64,000 nucleotides of DNA. It comes from Mytilus trossulus (Eukaryota). The notes beneath the pieces are model-generated. The model was not told the origin of the DNA. It saw only the letters and a list, made by a program, of their open reading frames with translations, and did no database searches. The stretch is taken from NCBI RefSeq assembly GCF_036588685.1, contig NC_086375.1:26040001-26104000 (forward strand), written 5' to 3'. Below are positions 1 to 14,500 of the stretch, in pieces. Every line of letters starts with the position of its first letter. Position 1 is the first letter of the stretch. The position numbers were made by a program, and so were the translations under genes.

Positions 1-2388
1 GGCATCCTGACTTTCTATCTGACAGGTTTTTATGTGTCAATACTTGTGTTTCTATGCCTTTATCTGCTTCTTTTACTAATTTATAAACTCTGAATCTACA
101 GAAAAGAAGTTTATCTCAGATAAAATGTGCAAAATGTGTTGTATAAATGACCCTTGTCTAACGCCTTGTTTGGATGAAGTCAATAGTGGGGAGCTTGGTA
201 TATAAAATTTGATGTCCATATTAGAGACCTCACTAAATTTGTATCAAATGCACTTTACAATGTCTATTGTACCTGTTCCATTTCACATAATATATTTCTT
301 TTCTTCTGTAGGATAGAAAGTGGTTTAAATATAAGCCTGTTGAGAATAAATTGCATGCAAGTTTTTCCCTAAAAAAGCAAAAATCTTTGTTTCAGCCCAT
401 ACTGCTTGTAAGAAAAGTTAATTGCAAGAGTTTTGTTGTGCTCAGATTTGTTGTATTATGTCACATGAGTATAGAAATGATAAAAAAGACACAAATTTTT
501 ATTTTTTATAACCTCAATATGCATTTTTTAATGTAAATATGTGGCACGGCCTAAATTGACCCTAAATTTTTTCCAGTCTTACTTGGCCTAAGACCCTTTT
601 AAACTAATATCATATGTTATTTGTAACTTTTCTTTCCATTTAAAGTACTTTAAATACATATGTAAGGATTATTTATAACCAAAAAGCTTCACAAATTTAA
701 AATTGCTGGAAAATATTACATCTTCATGTAAGGCCCCCTTTCATTGAAAAACCAAAATTTTTAGGCGCAGGCTCATATAAATTTGACTTTTGAGTAATTA
801 TGTCTAGTCTGATAAATCAAATGAGTACTCTATTGCTTTAAGTACATGATAAGTTATATATTAAGGCATTTAAAAAGTATTTTTTTGCAATATTTTAATT
901 TTTAAAGCCCCAAATGTTGATAGTTGAAATTTTTCAATTTTAACGTCAAAATTTTACACGCAAAGGAGAGTATAGAACTTAACTTAATGTCCATAATATA
1001 CATCCCATTGTCATGAAACTTTGTAAGCAGTGTTATAATACATTAAGCTTTGTTCATACCAAGTTTTTTTAAGATTTGTCAACTCTTTCTACCCTAAGAG
1101 GTGAAATCTGTAAATATAGAATTTGTACTCTGGCAACTTCCCTAAATGATTTAATGGTGTCAACTTGTCAAATAGAATGAAACTAAAGGATTTAAACTTT
1201 TATTTTATAGAATTTCTGCAAAAACGACCATTTTTTGGCATTTTATGGTCAAAATAGGCATTTTTTTACTTTTTCAATATTGTTGCATAAATGGCATCCT
1301 GACTTTCTATCTGACAGGTTTTTATGTGTCAATATTTGTGTTTCTATGCCTTTATCTGCTTCTTTTACTAATTTATAAACTCTGAATCTACAGAAAAGAA
1401 GTTTATCTCAGATAAAATGTGCAAAATGTGTTGTATAAATGACCCTTGTCTAACGCCTTGTTTGGATGAAGTCAATAGTGGGGAGCTTGGTATATAAAAT
1501 TTGATGTCCATATTAGAGACCTCACTAAATTTGTATCAAATGCACTTTACAATGTCTATTGTACCTGTTCCATTTCACATAATATATTTCTTTTCTTCTG
1601 TAGGATAGAAAGTGGTTTAAATATAAGCCTGTTGAGAATAAATTGCATGCAAGTTTTTCCCTAAAAAAGCAAAAATCTTTGTTTCAGCCCATACTGCTTG
1701 TAAGAAAAGTTAATTGCAAGAGTTTTGTTGTGCTCAGATTTGTTGTATTATGTCACATGAGTATAGAAATGATAAAAAAGACACAAATTTTTATTTTTTA
1801 TAACCTCAATATGCATTTTTTAATGTAAATATGTGGCACGGCCTAAATTGACCCTAAATTTTTTCCAGTCTTACTTGGCCTAAGACCCTTTTAAACTAAT
1901 ATCATATGTTATTTGTAACTTTTCTTTCCATTTAAAGTACTTTAAATACATATGTAAGGATTATTTATAACCAAAAAGCTTCACAAATTTAAAATTGCTG
2001 GAAAATATTACATCTTCATGTAAGGCCCCCTTTCATTGAAAAACCAAAATTTTTAGGCGCAGGCTCATATAAATTTGACTTTTGAGTAATTATGTCTAGT
2101 CTGATAAATCAAATGAGTACTCTATTGCTTTAAGTACATGATAAGTTATATATTAAGGCATTTAAAAAGTATATTTTTGCAATATCTTCATTTTTAAAGC
2201 CCCAAATGTTGATAGTTGAAATTTTTCAATTTTAACGTCAAAATTTTACACGCAAAGGTGAGTATAGAACTTAACTTAATGTCCATAATATACATCCCAT
2301 TGTCATGAAACTTTGTAAGCAGTGTTATAATACATTAAGCTTTGTTCATACCAAGTTTTTTTAAGATTTGTCAACTCTTTCTACCCTA
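1..2388. repeat. Tandem repeat with a 1292-bp unit (about 1.85 copies visible; array runs off the window start)
   Basis: Sequence at 1 (ggcatcctgactttc) recurs at 1293. Identical 61-aa ORFs lie at 351 and 1643 (offset 1292). Near-identity continues to 2388. Confidence 0.95.
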
Positions 2389-2391
2389 TTA

Positions 2392-2842
2392 GGTCCGAGA
2401 CCACCATTGTCGTCCCTTGATTTTCGTTGTTCACAAATATAGTCCATAGTGTTGACAGTGGGTTACTTGCCATTAATTTTTATACCCCTTCCAAATTTAT
2501 TTCTCCATGTTCAATGCCTCAAATTGCAAGTAGGGGGATGAAATTACACTGTACAAAAATTTGGGTCCAGAATTTTAAAGGAAAGTAGTGATTTGGTCCA
2601 GCTGAAAAAGGTTGAAAATGAGCAGTTCGGAAGCTGTCAAAAGATTTCAAGACGCCCTAAACATAAAATTGTCCATATTTTCAGTTAGAGGCGATGAAGT
2701 TTTCTATAAATTTGATATAATTTGCCCCAAAAGTAGTACAACACACTGTAAAGGTTTCTTTGAGAAAGCGCAGGTGGGATTTTTTTTATTTTTATTTATG
2801 TTCTAAAAGAAATGCACTACGAATTAATTGTGTTCTCGGACC
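2392..2842. mobile_element. MITE with GGTCCGAG terminal inverted repeats
   Basis: Termini are ggtccgaga...tctcggacc. A diverged copy lies in opposite orientation at 61687-62119. Confidence 0.75.
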
Positions 2843-5492
2843 AACTGCAGCGACTAAACTTGGGAATTTCAAGCTAGGAGCCCAGACCAGATATTTCATA
2901 ATTAATTTCTATATGTTCAACTGAAATTTAACTGAAAGTTTAGGCCCAGCTCAAAATCTAGAATGACATCTTGAAAGGCTATGATATTTTTTTTACTTTG
3001 ACGCCCTACACCGATGCAAGGAAAAGTAAAAAAAATATAATAGCCTCCTGAGACGTCATAAATATTTGGACTAACGATAGTAAACCTGGCAATTGTAACA
3101 AACCTGTGGTCCATTGCCTGTTTTACCAGACAAGCTGGGCCGTAGGACGTAATATGGGGACGAAGTCCCCAATAACAGTAGAAAATACAATAAAAAAAAA
3201 AATCGGGGAAAAATTCCTGAATTTTTCATTGTACTAATGAACTCAAAATCATTCAATTTTTTTATGTCATGTTTTGAAATCCCGGACCTGCGCAGAAATC
3301 TACAATGTACTTCCCTTTTCCGGTTTTGTTTGTATGAATCTTTCAGTAAAATATATATTTACCAGTCTATTATAAATAGGAAGAAACGCAATAACAATTT
3401 CATTTTTTATATGAAAAAACGTTACCTAATGAAAGCGTTTCTTTGTTTACATTTCATATGACGTCATAACTCACGCACAACTAAACTCTCTAACAACAGA
3501 ACCAAAATCGGAAAAGTTAAGGTATATTTCCGTTTCTTTTTTTAACAAATGTTTAAGTTACAGAAAAATAATTCATACAGACTTCGTCCCCATTTACAGG
3601 TAATGCCTGCCTCATATTAGCTCATCCCATATTATCAAGATAGAAACAAGTGCCTGTGCCTCTGCAAGCTCGTTGGGTTGTTTTATTGTCAGTTGATAAA
3701 ATAAAGTAGATGGGAACCTTACACCATTTGAGATTATTTGTGCTGAGTGATTTTTTGCTTTAGTTCCTCAACTTTGTTGATTGTATCCAAAAGGGATTAT
3801 GCTTGAAACAAAATTTGATGTTTATAAAAAATGAACCTGTTGATAGCCTTCATCATCCGTATCCTGTATTATGTACGACGATTGAGAGTGTAAGTTTGCT
3901 TCAATGTATGTATCCCCGTCTGCCTTGTATTCAGGTAAAAGCTTGCCACCAACCAGTACTGAAAATGAAAATGTTGTTTCCATGCTGTCAAATTATCAAG
4001 CGGGAAAAATTTAAATAATCAACATAGAGTAACTTCCCTTGGGACCAAAAAAATATAAAAGATGGAGTACTGATCCCGCGCGTATACCCGATTCACTGCG
4101 TTTTACATCTTAACTTCTATATTTTGAATATAAAATTGATATATTGAATGCCGAATTTAAAGTTTTGCTTAAGTTGATACCCTGATAATTTTCACAGATT
4201 TGAATCATGCTGATAATTGTATCTTTGTCATATTACCCATTTACATTAGTCATTTGAAATCAGAGAAAAAAAATTCTAACTTCAGTATATTTTCTTTTTT
4301 TCTTTTTTTTTTATCAAGTTGAGCCTATTAGTACTGTGTCTAAAAGATAGTGAAGTTTTGCATCAAAAGAATAACCAAACATTTACAATTGGAATGTAGG
4401 AAGCACTTACAAGTAACTCAATTAACAATAATAAATAAATAAAGACAAAATAAGTAAAATTATCTTGAGTGTGCAACTACTCTTTTCGGCTTTGATATTC
4501 TACTGAGTCTATGAAAAGTGTGGTATATAATTGTATCTTGAAAGTCAGGGAAAATAAAAATTGAAAATCTCACTCTGTTTGGAATCATACTTTTATCATT
4601 TGTTTATTTATTTTCCGGTTTACTGGAAGCCGTATTGGATTGGATTTTGTCTCTCTGAATATTTCGTTTTCTCAAGATATGTATTTCATTGTGTTTGTCG
4701 GCGTGGCTATGATATGATATAATCGAATGTATTTACGTCTAAATATCATTAAAAGATTCATTTCTGCGAATGTGTTAGTTGGTTTAAGTAAAAAATTACA
4801 CCAATCATGGTGAATTATTGGCCTGATGCGTCGAAACCAAGAGGCCAAAACAGTACCACAAGTAATATTTGTGTCGTGCATAATATAAATTATTGAAATG
4901 AACTGCATATAGCTGGTACCAGTTACGTGATACTCTTATCTTCAAACAACCCGTCCCATCCACATGTACTTGTCTCAGAATTTTTTTCCCCATTATACCT
5001 AAATATTAAGGTTTATCGGGAAAAACATTCTGAGAAAAGTGCCTGTGTTCCCATCCCATCGCATTCAGACTGACTGTATAATCGACTTTTTCACTTCACG
5101 GAAAAATATTCTTATATTTGACTCTCACTTCTCGCAATCTATATCGGTGTTCACGCATCACTCGGAAAATAAAAACGTCCCTCACGAAAATTATGGCCAA
5201 ATAAACATAAAAAATGCAAACATTTCTATATTTTTTGGTTTCATATTTAAACAAATTGCTCGAAAAGTCACTTGGTATTTTTTTTTAAATTCTGAATAAG
5301 TTAAAACGATAGGATATTTTTTGAGTGGGAACTCACTTTTGTCTACTGACTGTACTACATCACGGTAAAATAAATTCACTTGGCCAAATCATATAGTTAT
5401 ATAACAATATTTTAAAAGTTTTCACAAACAAGCTATCGAATGTTGTCAAAATGTCTTAATATCTACGATGTCCACAAGTTTATCAAATTGAC

Positions 5493-5500
5493 TATATAAA
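5493..5500 (+). promoter_or_regulatory. Candidate TATA box of the CYP4 gene
   Basis: TATATAAA about 50 bp upstream of the ATG at 5549. Confidence 0.4.
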
Positions 5501-5548
5501 TATCGTCGCATTACCTATCTTACAGATAATAAAAAGATAAAGGTTAAA

Positions 5549-8500
5549 ATGGCTACCTTAACACTGACTTTGTTGAAATTTATACCTGTTTTCATTATAC
5601 TATTCATAATAAAGAAACTGTTTGGATTATATCAAAGAAGAAAGGCACTACAAAGAGCATTGAAGGATTTCCCTGGTCCGGCCCCACATTGGTTATGGGG
5701 CAACATGAAGGAGGTAAGTTAAATACCGAATACACCGTCATAAATTTTTACATTACAGTTAGATTATCGTGTAGAATATGGCATTATTTATATTGAAATA
5801 GAAGGAGATTCCTAATGAGATATCTCCACAGGAAACCCAAAGATGTAGAATTAAACAATTGTAGGTCACTGCGATTGAGACAATGGCCTTCGGCAATGAG
5901 CAAAACCTATACTGCATAAATTATAAATGGCTTTCTGCCGTTCCTATTTGATATACTGAGTACCGAATTTTAAAATTCCATTCGTTCATCTTGGTCTATA
6001 AATTTGATTTCTTAATTTTGTGTCGTCCTAATTATGCATAAAATATGTCCCAATGGACGACCAGACGAAACATTCAAATATGACAGAGTTTTTGGTGTTC
6101 AACTCTTCCCCTTAGACATTCATAAAGTATGGGAGGTATAAAGAAATCTTACTAGAAAAATCAGTATTGAAAAAATGCATTATTGAATAATATTGAAACT
6201 ATAACAATAAAAAAAATAAAAAGAACGAAAAAACATTGCACCTACTGAAGCCGGTCTTAAACCATGCCTCCTTTCATTGTACAAGTGACGGCTGTATAGC
6301 AGCATCCCTACAAGTGCAGAAAAAACATGACCAAGTGCAGCGATATATGTAATGAATGAAACGAATACATTATGCTATGTTCTACTAACAACAGTGCATG
6401 CATAGCGGGTAAAATCTCTATTGAGGGATATGAGAAATAGCTTGTAAAAATGTTAAACACTATGTTTTAGCTGACCGGAGATTACCAAGGGATGCTTCGG
6501 ACTGTAGAGTATGCCAAGAAATACAATGGAGCATTCCCTGTATGGATGGGACCAACAGATGCCTTCTTGATGACTGTCAATCCTTCCACTGTTAAGTACG
6601 TCTTATCAGGAACAGGTACTGTGCACACTCAAGACGTTTTCGTATGTTATGGGGTTGTTTTGCCTTTTTTCTTCTTTTTGTTATGTGTTTTATGTTGTTC
6701 TTGTTTCTTTTTATTTCATGTTTGACTATTTTTGGTTTACTATTTTAAGTATTTTTTTGTGTTACTTTTTGTTTCTTATCTTATAATGATTCTGTAATTT
6801 CATTTTTTTTCAAAGTAAAATAGTATAGTTGTATGTAAAGTAGATTTAAACAGTTTAGATATTTTTTTCTTTTTAGTAAGCACTCATTTATGTCATACAA
6901 ATATGTCCAGATAATCTAATATCATGGTCTTTTGGCTTCATTGCAGTTTGTTTTCATAAAGCCATTTATTTTTACATGTTCTTCATGTAGATGTTAATAT
7001 CTCTGTATGAATAACAGCATGTCTGTCTTTTGAATCTATGTTTTGAGAGGACTTGGACGTGTATTCTCAGAACGATTTTCGATTTTATGCTTTGTCTTTT
7101 CATTCATGAAATGTAATACTAGTAGTAAAAAAACGAAATTAATCGTGTGTTTCATATCTTACAGATCCTAAAGATGAATTTTCTTATGCACTGATGAGGC
7201 CATGGATCGGTAAGTTTATGCTCAAAGAAAGTTAAACGCGAGGGAAGATAACGATTTTGTTTTTGGCATCACGCTTTTTATGGTCCAATTTTGAAAAAGT
7301 TCATGATGAAAGCTAGTGATATTATACATGGACATTGGAAAATCAAATTCCCTTTATTCTAAAGCCATAATTTCATTAAGGCCAGTGGTCTTTTTACTTA
7401 TACATTGTTATTAATGATATTATTTTCTTGGCAAAAATGTTTGCGTAAGTTTTATCCAACCCAAATGATTTTCCTCAGGCCAGTAACAAGTATTTTAAGT
7501 AGTGACCTTTTTTAGTTGATTCAACATGCTCATCTTTTTTTGTCTATTTTTTTTGTATTCAAAGACTTGAAAGAGAGACGTTTATTAAGTGACAGGTTTG
7601 GCTAGCTTTAAAACTAGGTTTAGTCCACCAATTTTAATGCCTGTACCAAGTCAGGATTATGACAGTTGTTGTCCATTCGTTTGGTGTGTTTGGGTTTTTG
7701 ATTTTGCTATTTGATTAGGAACTTTCGTTTTGAAATTTCCTCGGAAATCAATAATTTTGTAATTTTACTTTTCTCTTTTTACAAGGTGATGGTTTATTAC
7801 TGAGTGGTGGCAAGAAATGGGATAGAAATAGACGTCTTATGACACCAGCATTCCATCAAGATATCCTCAAGAATTATGTGAAGATATTTTATGATTCATC
7901 TAAAATATTGATAGTAAGTATACCGCCATTTTAAACAAACATTTTTTCAGCGACAATTAAAAACATTTTCTATGAGTATAAATATTTTTCTCATGACAAT
8001 AGATATGATTATATAAATATAAGAAGATGTGATAAGAGTGCCAAATGAGACAACTCTTCATCTAAGTCACAATTTGTAAAAGTAAACCGTTATTGGTCAA
8101 AGTACGGTCTTTAAAAGGGAGCGTTGGCTCACACCGAATAGGAAGCTATAAGGTTCCCAAAAGTATAAAAATTAGTTATTTTTGTTTTCCTCGTTTTAGA
8201 TGCATACTTCACATAACACATATAAAATAAGTCTGTTTGATTGCATACATGTAAGTCTTAAGTGGAAAGAAGTCTAAACAAATTTAACATTTCTTACATT
8301 ATACCAGATAACCTTTACTCAACTGGAAATCAAAATGTTGAACCTGACTATATCCTTTTGTGCCAGTTTCTCGTAAGAAACTACAATATAGGTTGATTTT
8401 TTATTCATTAAGTACTCGTAAGAAACTACAATAAAGGTTGATTTTTTTAGTGATTAAGTATGAAACACTTTTCACTGGACGTTAATTTAACAACAGACTT

Positions 8501-11500
8501 TCGATCATTTCTATTCAGAAAGAAGAATTCTAACTCGAGTCATTCATAAGTTAATTGTGCATTTGAAGAAAAGCATTTAGTTTGGTATTATTAAAGATAG
8601 GTAAGATATAAATGAATGAGACACAACCCCAACAACACAGAAAAAGTAAACGACTTATGTATACGTGTATGCATGCAAACTTGCTATAATTATGCGGTAT
8701 GGATTTGTATAATTGTTGGATGCCGTACGGTGACCTATAGTTGCTAACATCCTTTGAACTTTAATATAGTTGTCTCATTTGGAAATCATAATACATCTTC
8801 ATATTGTATATTCACATGGATCAAAATATTTATTTCAGGAAAAATGGAGGGAAACGACAGAACCAGTAGAAACTTTTCATTACATCAGTCTTCTTACCTT
8901 GGACAGTATGATGAAATGTCTGTTTGGCTACAACAGTGACTGTCAAAACGAAAGGTACGACAAAGTTAATCCGTTTCCCACCCAAGGAAAGTAAAACTCA
9001 TGTACAGTTTTGCGAATGTATGATACCGTCTTCGAAGTCCCCTTTCCTATAAATATCGCTAACATAGCTATTTATTTACAATACATCTTTGGCGTTCAAA
9101 TGTTCAAGTTTTAGCGTTAACGTTCTTGATGATTTTGTGTCTAAAGAATCCATTCGAACGCGCGAAATTAACAACGTGTTAGCACTGCTGGTGGACTGTT
9201 AATCCCCAAGGTTTCGATTACTAAAATAATTTATAACCTATTTTGTTTCTACAATTACCACAAGCTGTCCTGATCGTTAAAAACTTTTAAAATTTAAGGT
9301 TTAAGATGAAGGTAAATCCAGAAAAGGTGCTTCGAAGCACACACTTTATAATGTGTTATTTTTATTTACCACCAAATATTTCCCCGTTCAAAAGTTGCTG
9401 CATAGATTTCCCTTTATATTAGAGCCTTTTGTTTTTATCGATCAAGAAAGGCTATTAAAATTCCTGCAAAAGCAGTTTTGATCTCATCAGTTTGGTATAT
9501 ATGAATATAGAATTGAACATAAATATAATGATAGAATACCTTTATTTCTAGTACAAGACATCCATATATACAAGGAGTGTATGATGTGTCAGAGCTTATA
9601 GTAAAACGGATAACAAATCCATTTCACCACAACCCATTTATCTACAAATTTACAGAAAATGGGTAAGTAAGGAATTTTGAATACCTTTACAGTCGATTGC
9701 ATTGAGTGTGTATGTAAGGGTAAAATCTTTGGTTAGCTTGCTTGCTTACTGAACAGTGAAGTCATTATTAGGTTATGTAAACTATCCTCCTTTAATTAAG
9801 AGTAGATAAGCCGACAGATAACAAATCAATTTCATTATATGTCTGCATGACTAGTCTACCTCGAAAGGAGAATAGTATACCTTACATTATAATGTCTTCA
9901 CGGTTCAGATAACAAGCAATCTAACCTAAGATATTACCTTTTAGAGATACACGCTCAATGCAATCGGCTGTAAAAAGGCTTAGAAGAATTTCAGTTCTGA
10001 TCCCATGTACGTTATTTGTCCTGGTCGGTTAAGGACCTTTTGTACTTTCATATACATATCATCTTCTATACTTTCCCGTCTGTTTACAATGGGGAAACAT
10101 TTACCAACGTTCATGTCAACCCATCACTGCGTTAGCATCTATTGATTATGGTTTTGACGTTGTTTTGATCTTTCCATTCGTATGATAATGAACATTCAAA
10201 TAAATACATTTGTATTTCGAGCCTCTTAAAAATCACAAAAATACTAAGCTCCGAGGAAAATTCAAAACGGAAAATCCAATACATTAAACGGATGCTTAAA
10301 AACTATCATATTCCTGACTTGGTACAGGCACTATTTTCTTATCTAGAATATGGTGGATTAAACCTAGTTTTTAAGCTAGCTAAACCTGTCACTTGTATAA
10401 TATCTTTTCGTGAGTTTGACTCAAATTCGTGGAAAAAGTTTCATATGGATAAAAGATTTATGTTTTTAGTGGAAAGATGAAATGTTGACCTTTTCTTTAT
10501 TTCAGAAAGAAATTTTACAAAGCTTGTGAAGTAATTCATGAACATTCATCGAAAATAATATCTGACAGAAAAAAGCTGTTACGAACGGAGGAAAAAGGCA
10601 GTAGAAACACAGACTTCTTGGATATTCTTATAAATTCGAGGGTAAGATTCATTTACAACAACAAAAATGTAGAGTAAGGTATCATATGTTTAATTGGCTT
10701 ATATTTCAAAGTGAAATTATTTGAAGAAGTACTGTTAAAAAGCAGTGGAAATTTCGAACTAATGTGGAAAACGGAAATAATGTGTCGTATACTTGTAAAA
10801 TCTAGTTTCTAAAAAATAGAGAGCAATATGACTTTAATTGACAATATGTATACAGACATTTTGGCACCAATTAAGAGTTATCGTATAGATATTTTGTTAT
10901 CATCTGATTCAGTTCGCGATTTATTGTTACCGATTCTTAGTATTTTAAAGTGAACGTAAAAGAAGGGCTCATTGTTAAATGCGCATTCATAGAATCAAAT
11001 TAATTTTGGTGTCTGGTAGTTTTTTTGTTTCTTTATTATTTGATTTGTTTGTTATTGCTGACGTTTGCGATGCAGATTTATATCTTAAAATCTCGCACTG
11101 ATTATTTGTTACGCTAAATGGTGCATTAACGGTATCTTTGTCACTAATAAGTTCTATATGATATAAGTCAGTATAGCCCTTTAATTCAGTAGTTCTTGTT
11201 GTTTGTTGCTGTGCAACATATTTGTTTTTCGTTCATTTCTGTGTACACAAGTTAGTCCTTTAGTTTTCTCATTAAAATTGTATAAATCATTTCGGGGACC
11301 TTTTGTAGCTGACTATGCGGTATGGGCTTTGTTCATTGTTGACCTATAGTTGTAAATGTCATTGTCATTTGTTCTGTTGTGGAGAGCTGTTTCAATTGCA
11401 AATATTGAACATCTTTTTACATCATTGTCTTTTGATTTATCATTTTGATTTTAATAACTTTCCTACTTTCGGCCAAAAGTAAAAGTTTCCGGAATCCTAT

Positions 11501-14500
11501 GCTTTTCTGAATTTTCGTTTTAGCATTATATGAGGGTTTAGATGGGGTTAAATTATTAAAGAATAATGCCCTTAAAAATGAAGATTAGAGAATAACGGGC
11601 TAAAAAAATAAAGATTAGAGAAAAAAGGGGTTATTTTTTTAAAGATTAGAGATAAAAGGGGTTATTTTTTTGAAGATTAGAGAAAAAAGGGGTTATTTTT
11701 TGAAGATTAGAGAAAAAAGGGATTTGACAACAAGAGATGAATGATTGAGAGTTTATTATTATTCTGACTTTATTATAAACCTAGCAATTATTTGTTTGTA
11801 CAGGACGAGGATGGAAACGGAATGTCTGATACAGAAATACAAGATGAAGTCGATACATTTATGTTTGAGGGTCACGACTCTACCGCTAGCACTTTGTCAT
11901 GGTGTCTCTACAACCTCGCTAAACATCCAGAATACCAAGAAAGAATCAGAGAAGAAGTGAAAGAACAATGGGGAAACAAGGATGAAATTACCTGGTAAAT
12001 TGTTTTTAATAATATCTACATCACTGAACAGCTAAAATTGACGAGCCTTTTGGCTGAAACAACCTGATTAGTTTGGTTGGAAATTACTGAAGTGCGTTAT
12101 AAAGTAGCTGTTTATTTTTTGTTATTTAGATATGTCCATTCCTTTAAATAAGGACTCTGTCTTATATAGAACGACTAATATAAAAAAGAAGATGTGGTAT
12201 GATTGCCAATGAGACAACTATTCACAAAAGACCAAAATGACACAAAAATTAACAAGAATAGGTCACCGTACGGCCTTCAACAATGAGCAAAGCCCATACC
12301 GCATATAGTCAGCTATAAAAGGCCCCGATAAGACAATGTAAAACAATTCAAGCGAGAAAACTAACGGCCTCATTTATGTAAAAAAATGAACGAAAAACAA
12401 ATATGTAACACATAAACAAACGACAACCACTGAGTTACATAAATAAATGTGGCGGGGTTAAACATGTTAGCGGGATCCCAACCCTCCTCCTAACCTGGGA
12501 CAGTGGTATAACAGTACAGCATAAGAACGAACTATAAAAATCAGTTGAAAAAGGCTTAACTCATCAGATAGACAAAAAATAAAAGTGGACGTGGCCGGGT
12601 ACTTATACATCCCGACACAAAAAGACACAATGAACAGATCTGAGAGTACTCGCAGTTATCTGACAGCTAGTTCAAAGCCATTAACAACTAATAAAAAATC
12701 ATGCCTCTAAGACTTAGCAATCAATCCGTACACATCCAACATACAATGGATTTAATGCCTGCGTCAAACTGTCCCAAATTTGACTCCACATGAAAACATC
12801 ATAAAGAAAAGGTTCAAATTTGAATGTGGTTGAAAAAAACATCGGGCCATCCATGATCATTCTTACGTCACTGCATGAATGAACACAAGTTGATTTCTCA
12901 GTGCCTCAGATTCCGGCAGCAACTTCATAAGCGGTAGCCAAATATTTGGCATTTCTCATTCATAAAATTGCCGAATTACCTTGTGAAGGAACATTTTCGT
13001 GTTGAATCCGTATGCCCATTTTATATCCCTCCGTAAAACCATCGTGTATGTAGAACTTCGTATGTCATTGCCTGACCTTTTGTAGGCATCGAACTAGTTA
13101 ATTTCATTTCAATTTTACCTATAGTAGGAAAGAAAGGTTATGCCGTATCAATTCAACATGCAAATATGTATAAAGATAGATACTATATGAATTTATAACC
13201 AGTTAATTTCATTTTTTCTAATGAAGGGAAGACATCAACAAACTGGAGTATACTTTGATGTGTGTGAAAGAAAGTATGAGAATGTTTGCACCAGTACCAA
13301 ATATATCTCGGTGTACAGAGAAAGATATACTATTACCCGATGGTCGGCTGATCCCAGCAGGTATTTGTTCTAGTATTTTGTATAATTTGTATAATTTGTA
13401 TTACAGCCGATTACTTTGAGTGTGTAGATAAAGGTAATATATTTGGTTAGCTTGCTTGCTACCTGAACCGTGAATCATTATTAGGATAAGTAAACTACCC
13501 TCCTTTAAGAGAAGACTACTTCGAAAGAAGGGTAGTATACCTTACCTAATAATGGCTTCACGGTTCAGCTACCAAGCAAGCTAACCAAATATATTATCTT
13601 TAGCTATACACTCAATGCAATCGGCCGTAATAGATTCAGCTCGGTTCCTTGGCTTACCTAGTCATTTGTTGTCGCTCTTTGACTTATAAGTATATCATTA
13701 TGTATACGGGCTTCCCAAATATTGTTGCTCTTTGACTTATAGGTATATACTCATGTTTACTGGATAAAAATAAAACGCACAATTAAATGAAGATGGATAC
13801 AAATAAGCTAGCCTCACATTTACTATTATTTCATATCTTTCTTTTGACATTAGTAAATACATGACTTGCATTTTGTGTATTGCCCTAAGATTTCACATCG
13901 TTGTTTTTTTACTTTATTTTAGGGGTTCGGATGGGAGTATCTATTTATGCTCTTCAAAGAAACCCGGATGTTTGGAAAGATCCAGAGGTACAGTTGTTAT
14001 AGAATAGATTTTGTAAAATGACTTTAACTTGCTGTTTTTTGTTCTTTGCAGATATTCACATCTTAAATTCACTAACACATGACATAACTTAAATATAACT
14101 GCAAAAATTATTGTAGTTTTTTCTTTATCATTTCAGATATATGACCCTTCAAGATTCTCATCAGAAAATAAAGTTTCAGCTTTACAATTCATGGCATTTT
14201 CAATGGGTCCAAGGTAAGGATCAGTTAACATGGTCTCTCGTCTGCATTAGGTCACGTGCATTGTTGAGTCAACAATTTCCTTTTTAAAACTGAAAATATA
14301 AAAAACAATATTTAGAAAAGATTGTCGCTTGAAAATAACACCACGCTAACATACAGTACATGCATTCCATTTAACTGTTTGTGGTTTAGTTAAATTGTGA
14401 AGCAATTGATGCATATGAAATAAATCGGACCGAAATCCATTGGTATATCATTGGAATATATTTTTGATGTAGTAGACAAATGTGTTCGATTAATATTTTT

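Noticed and set aside
351-5379. Short ORFs in the first 5.4 kb and other 60-110-aa ORFs in introns and LTRs
   Set aside because: They show no recognisable domains, have low-complexity AT-rich composition and mostly lie inside repeats.
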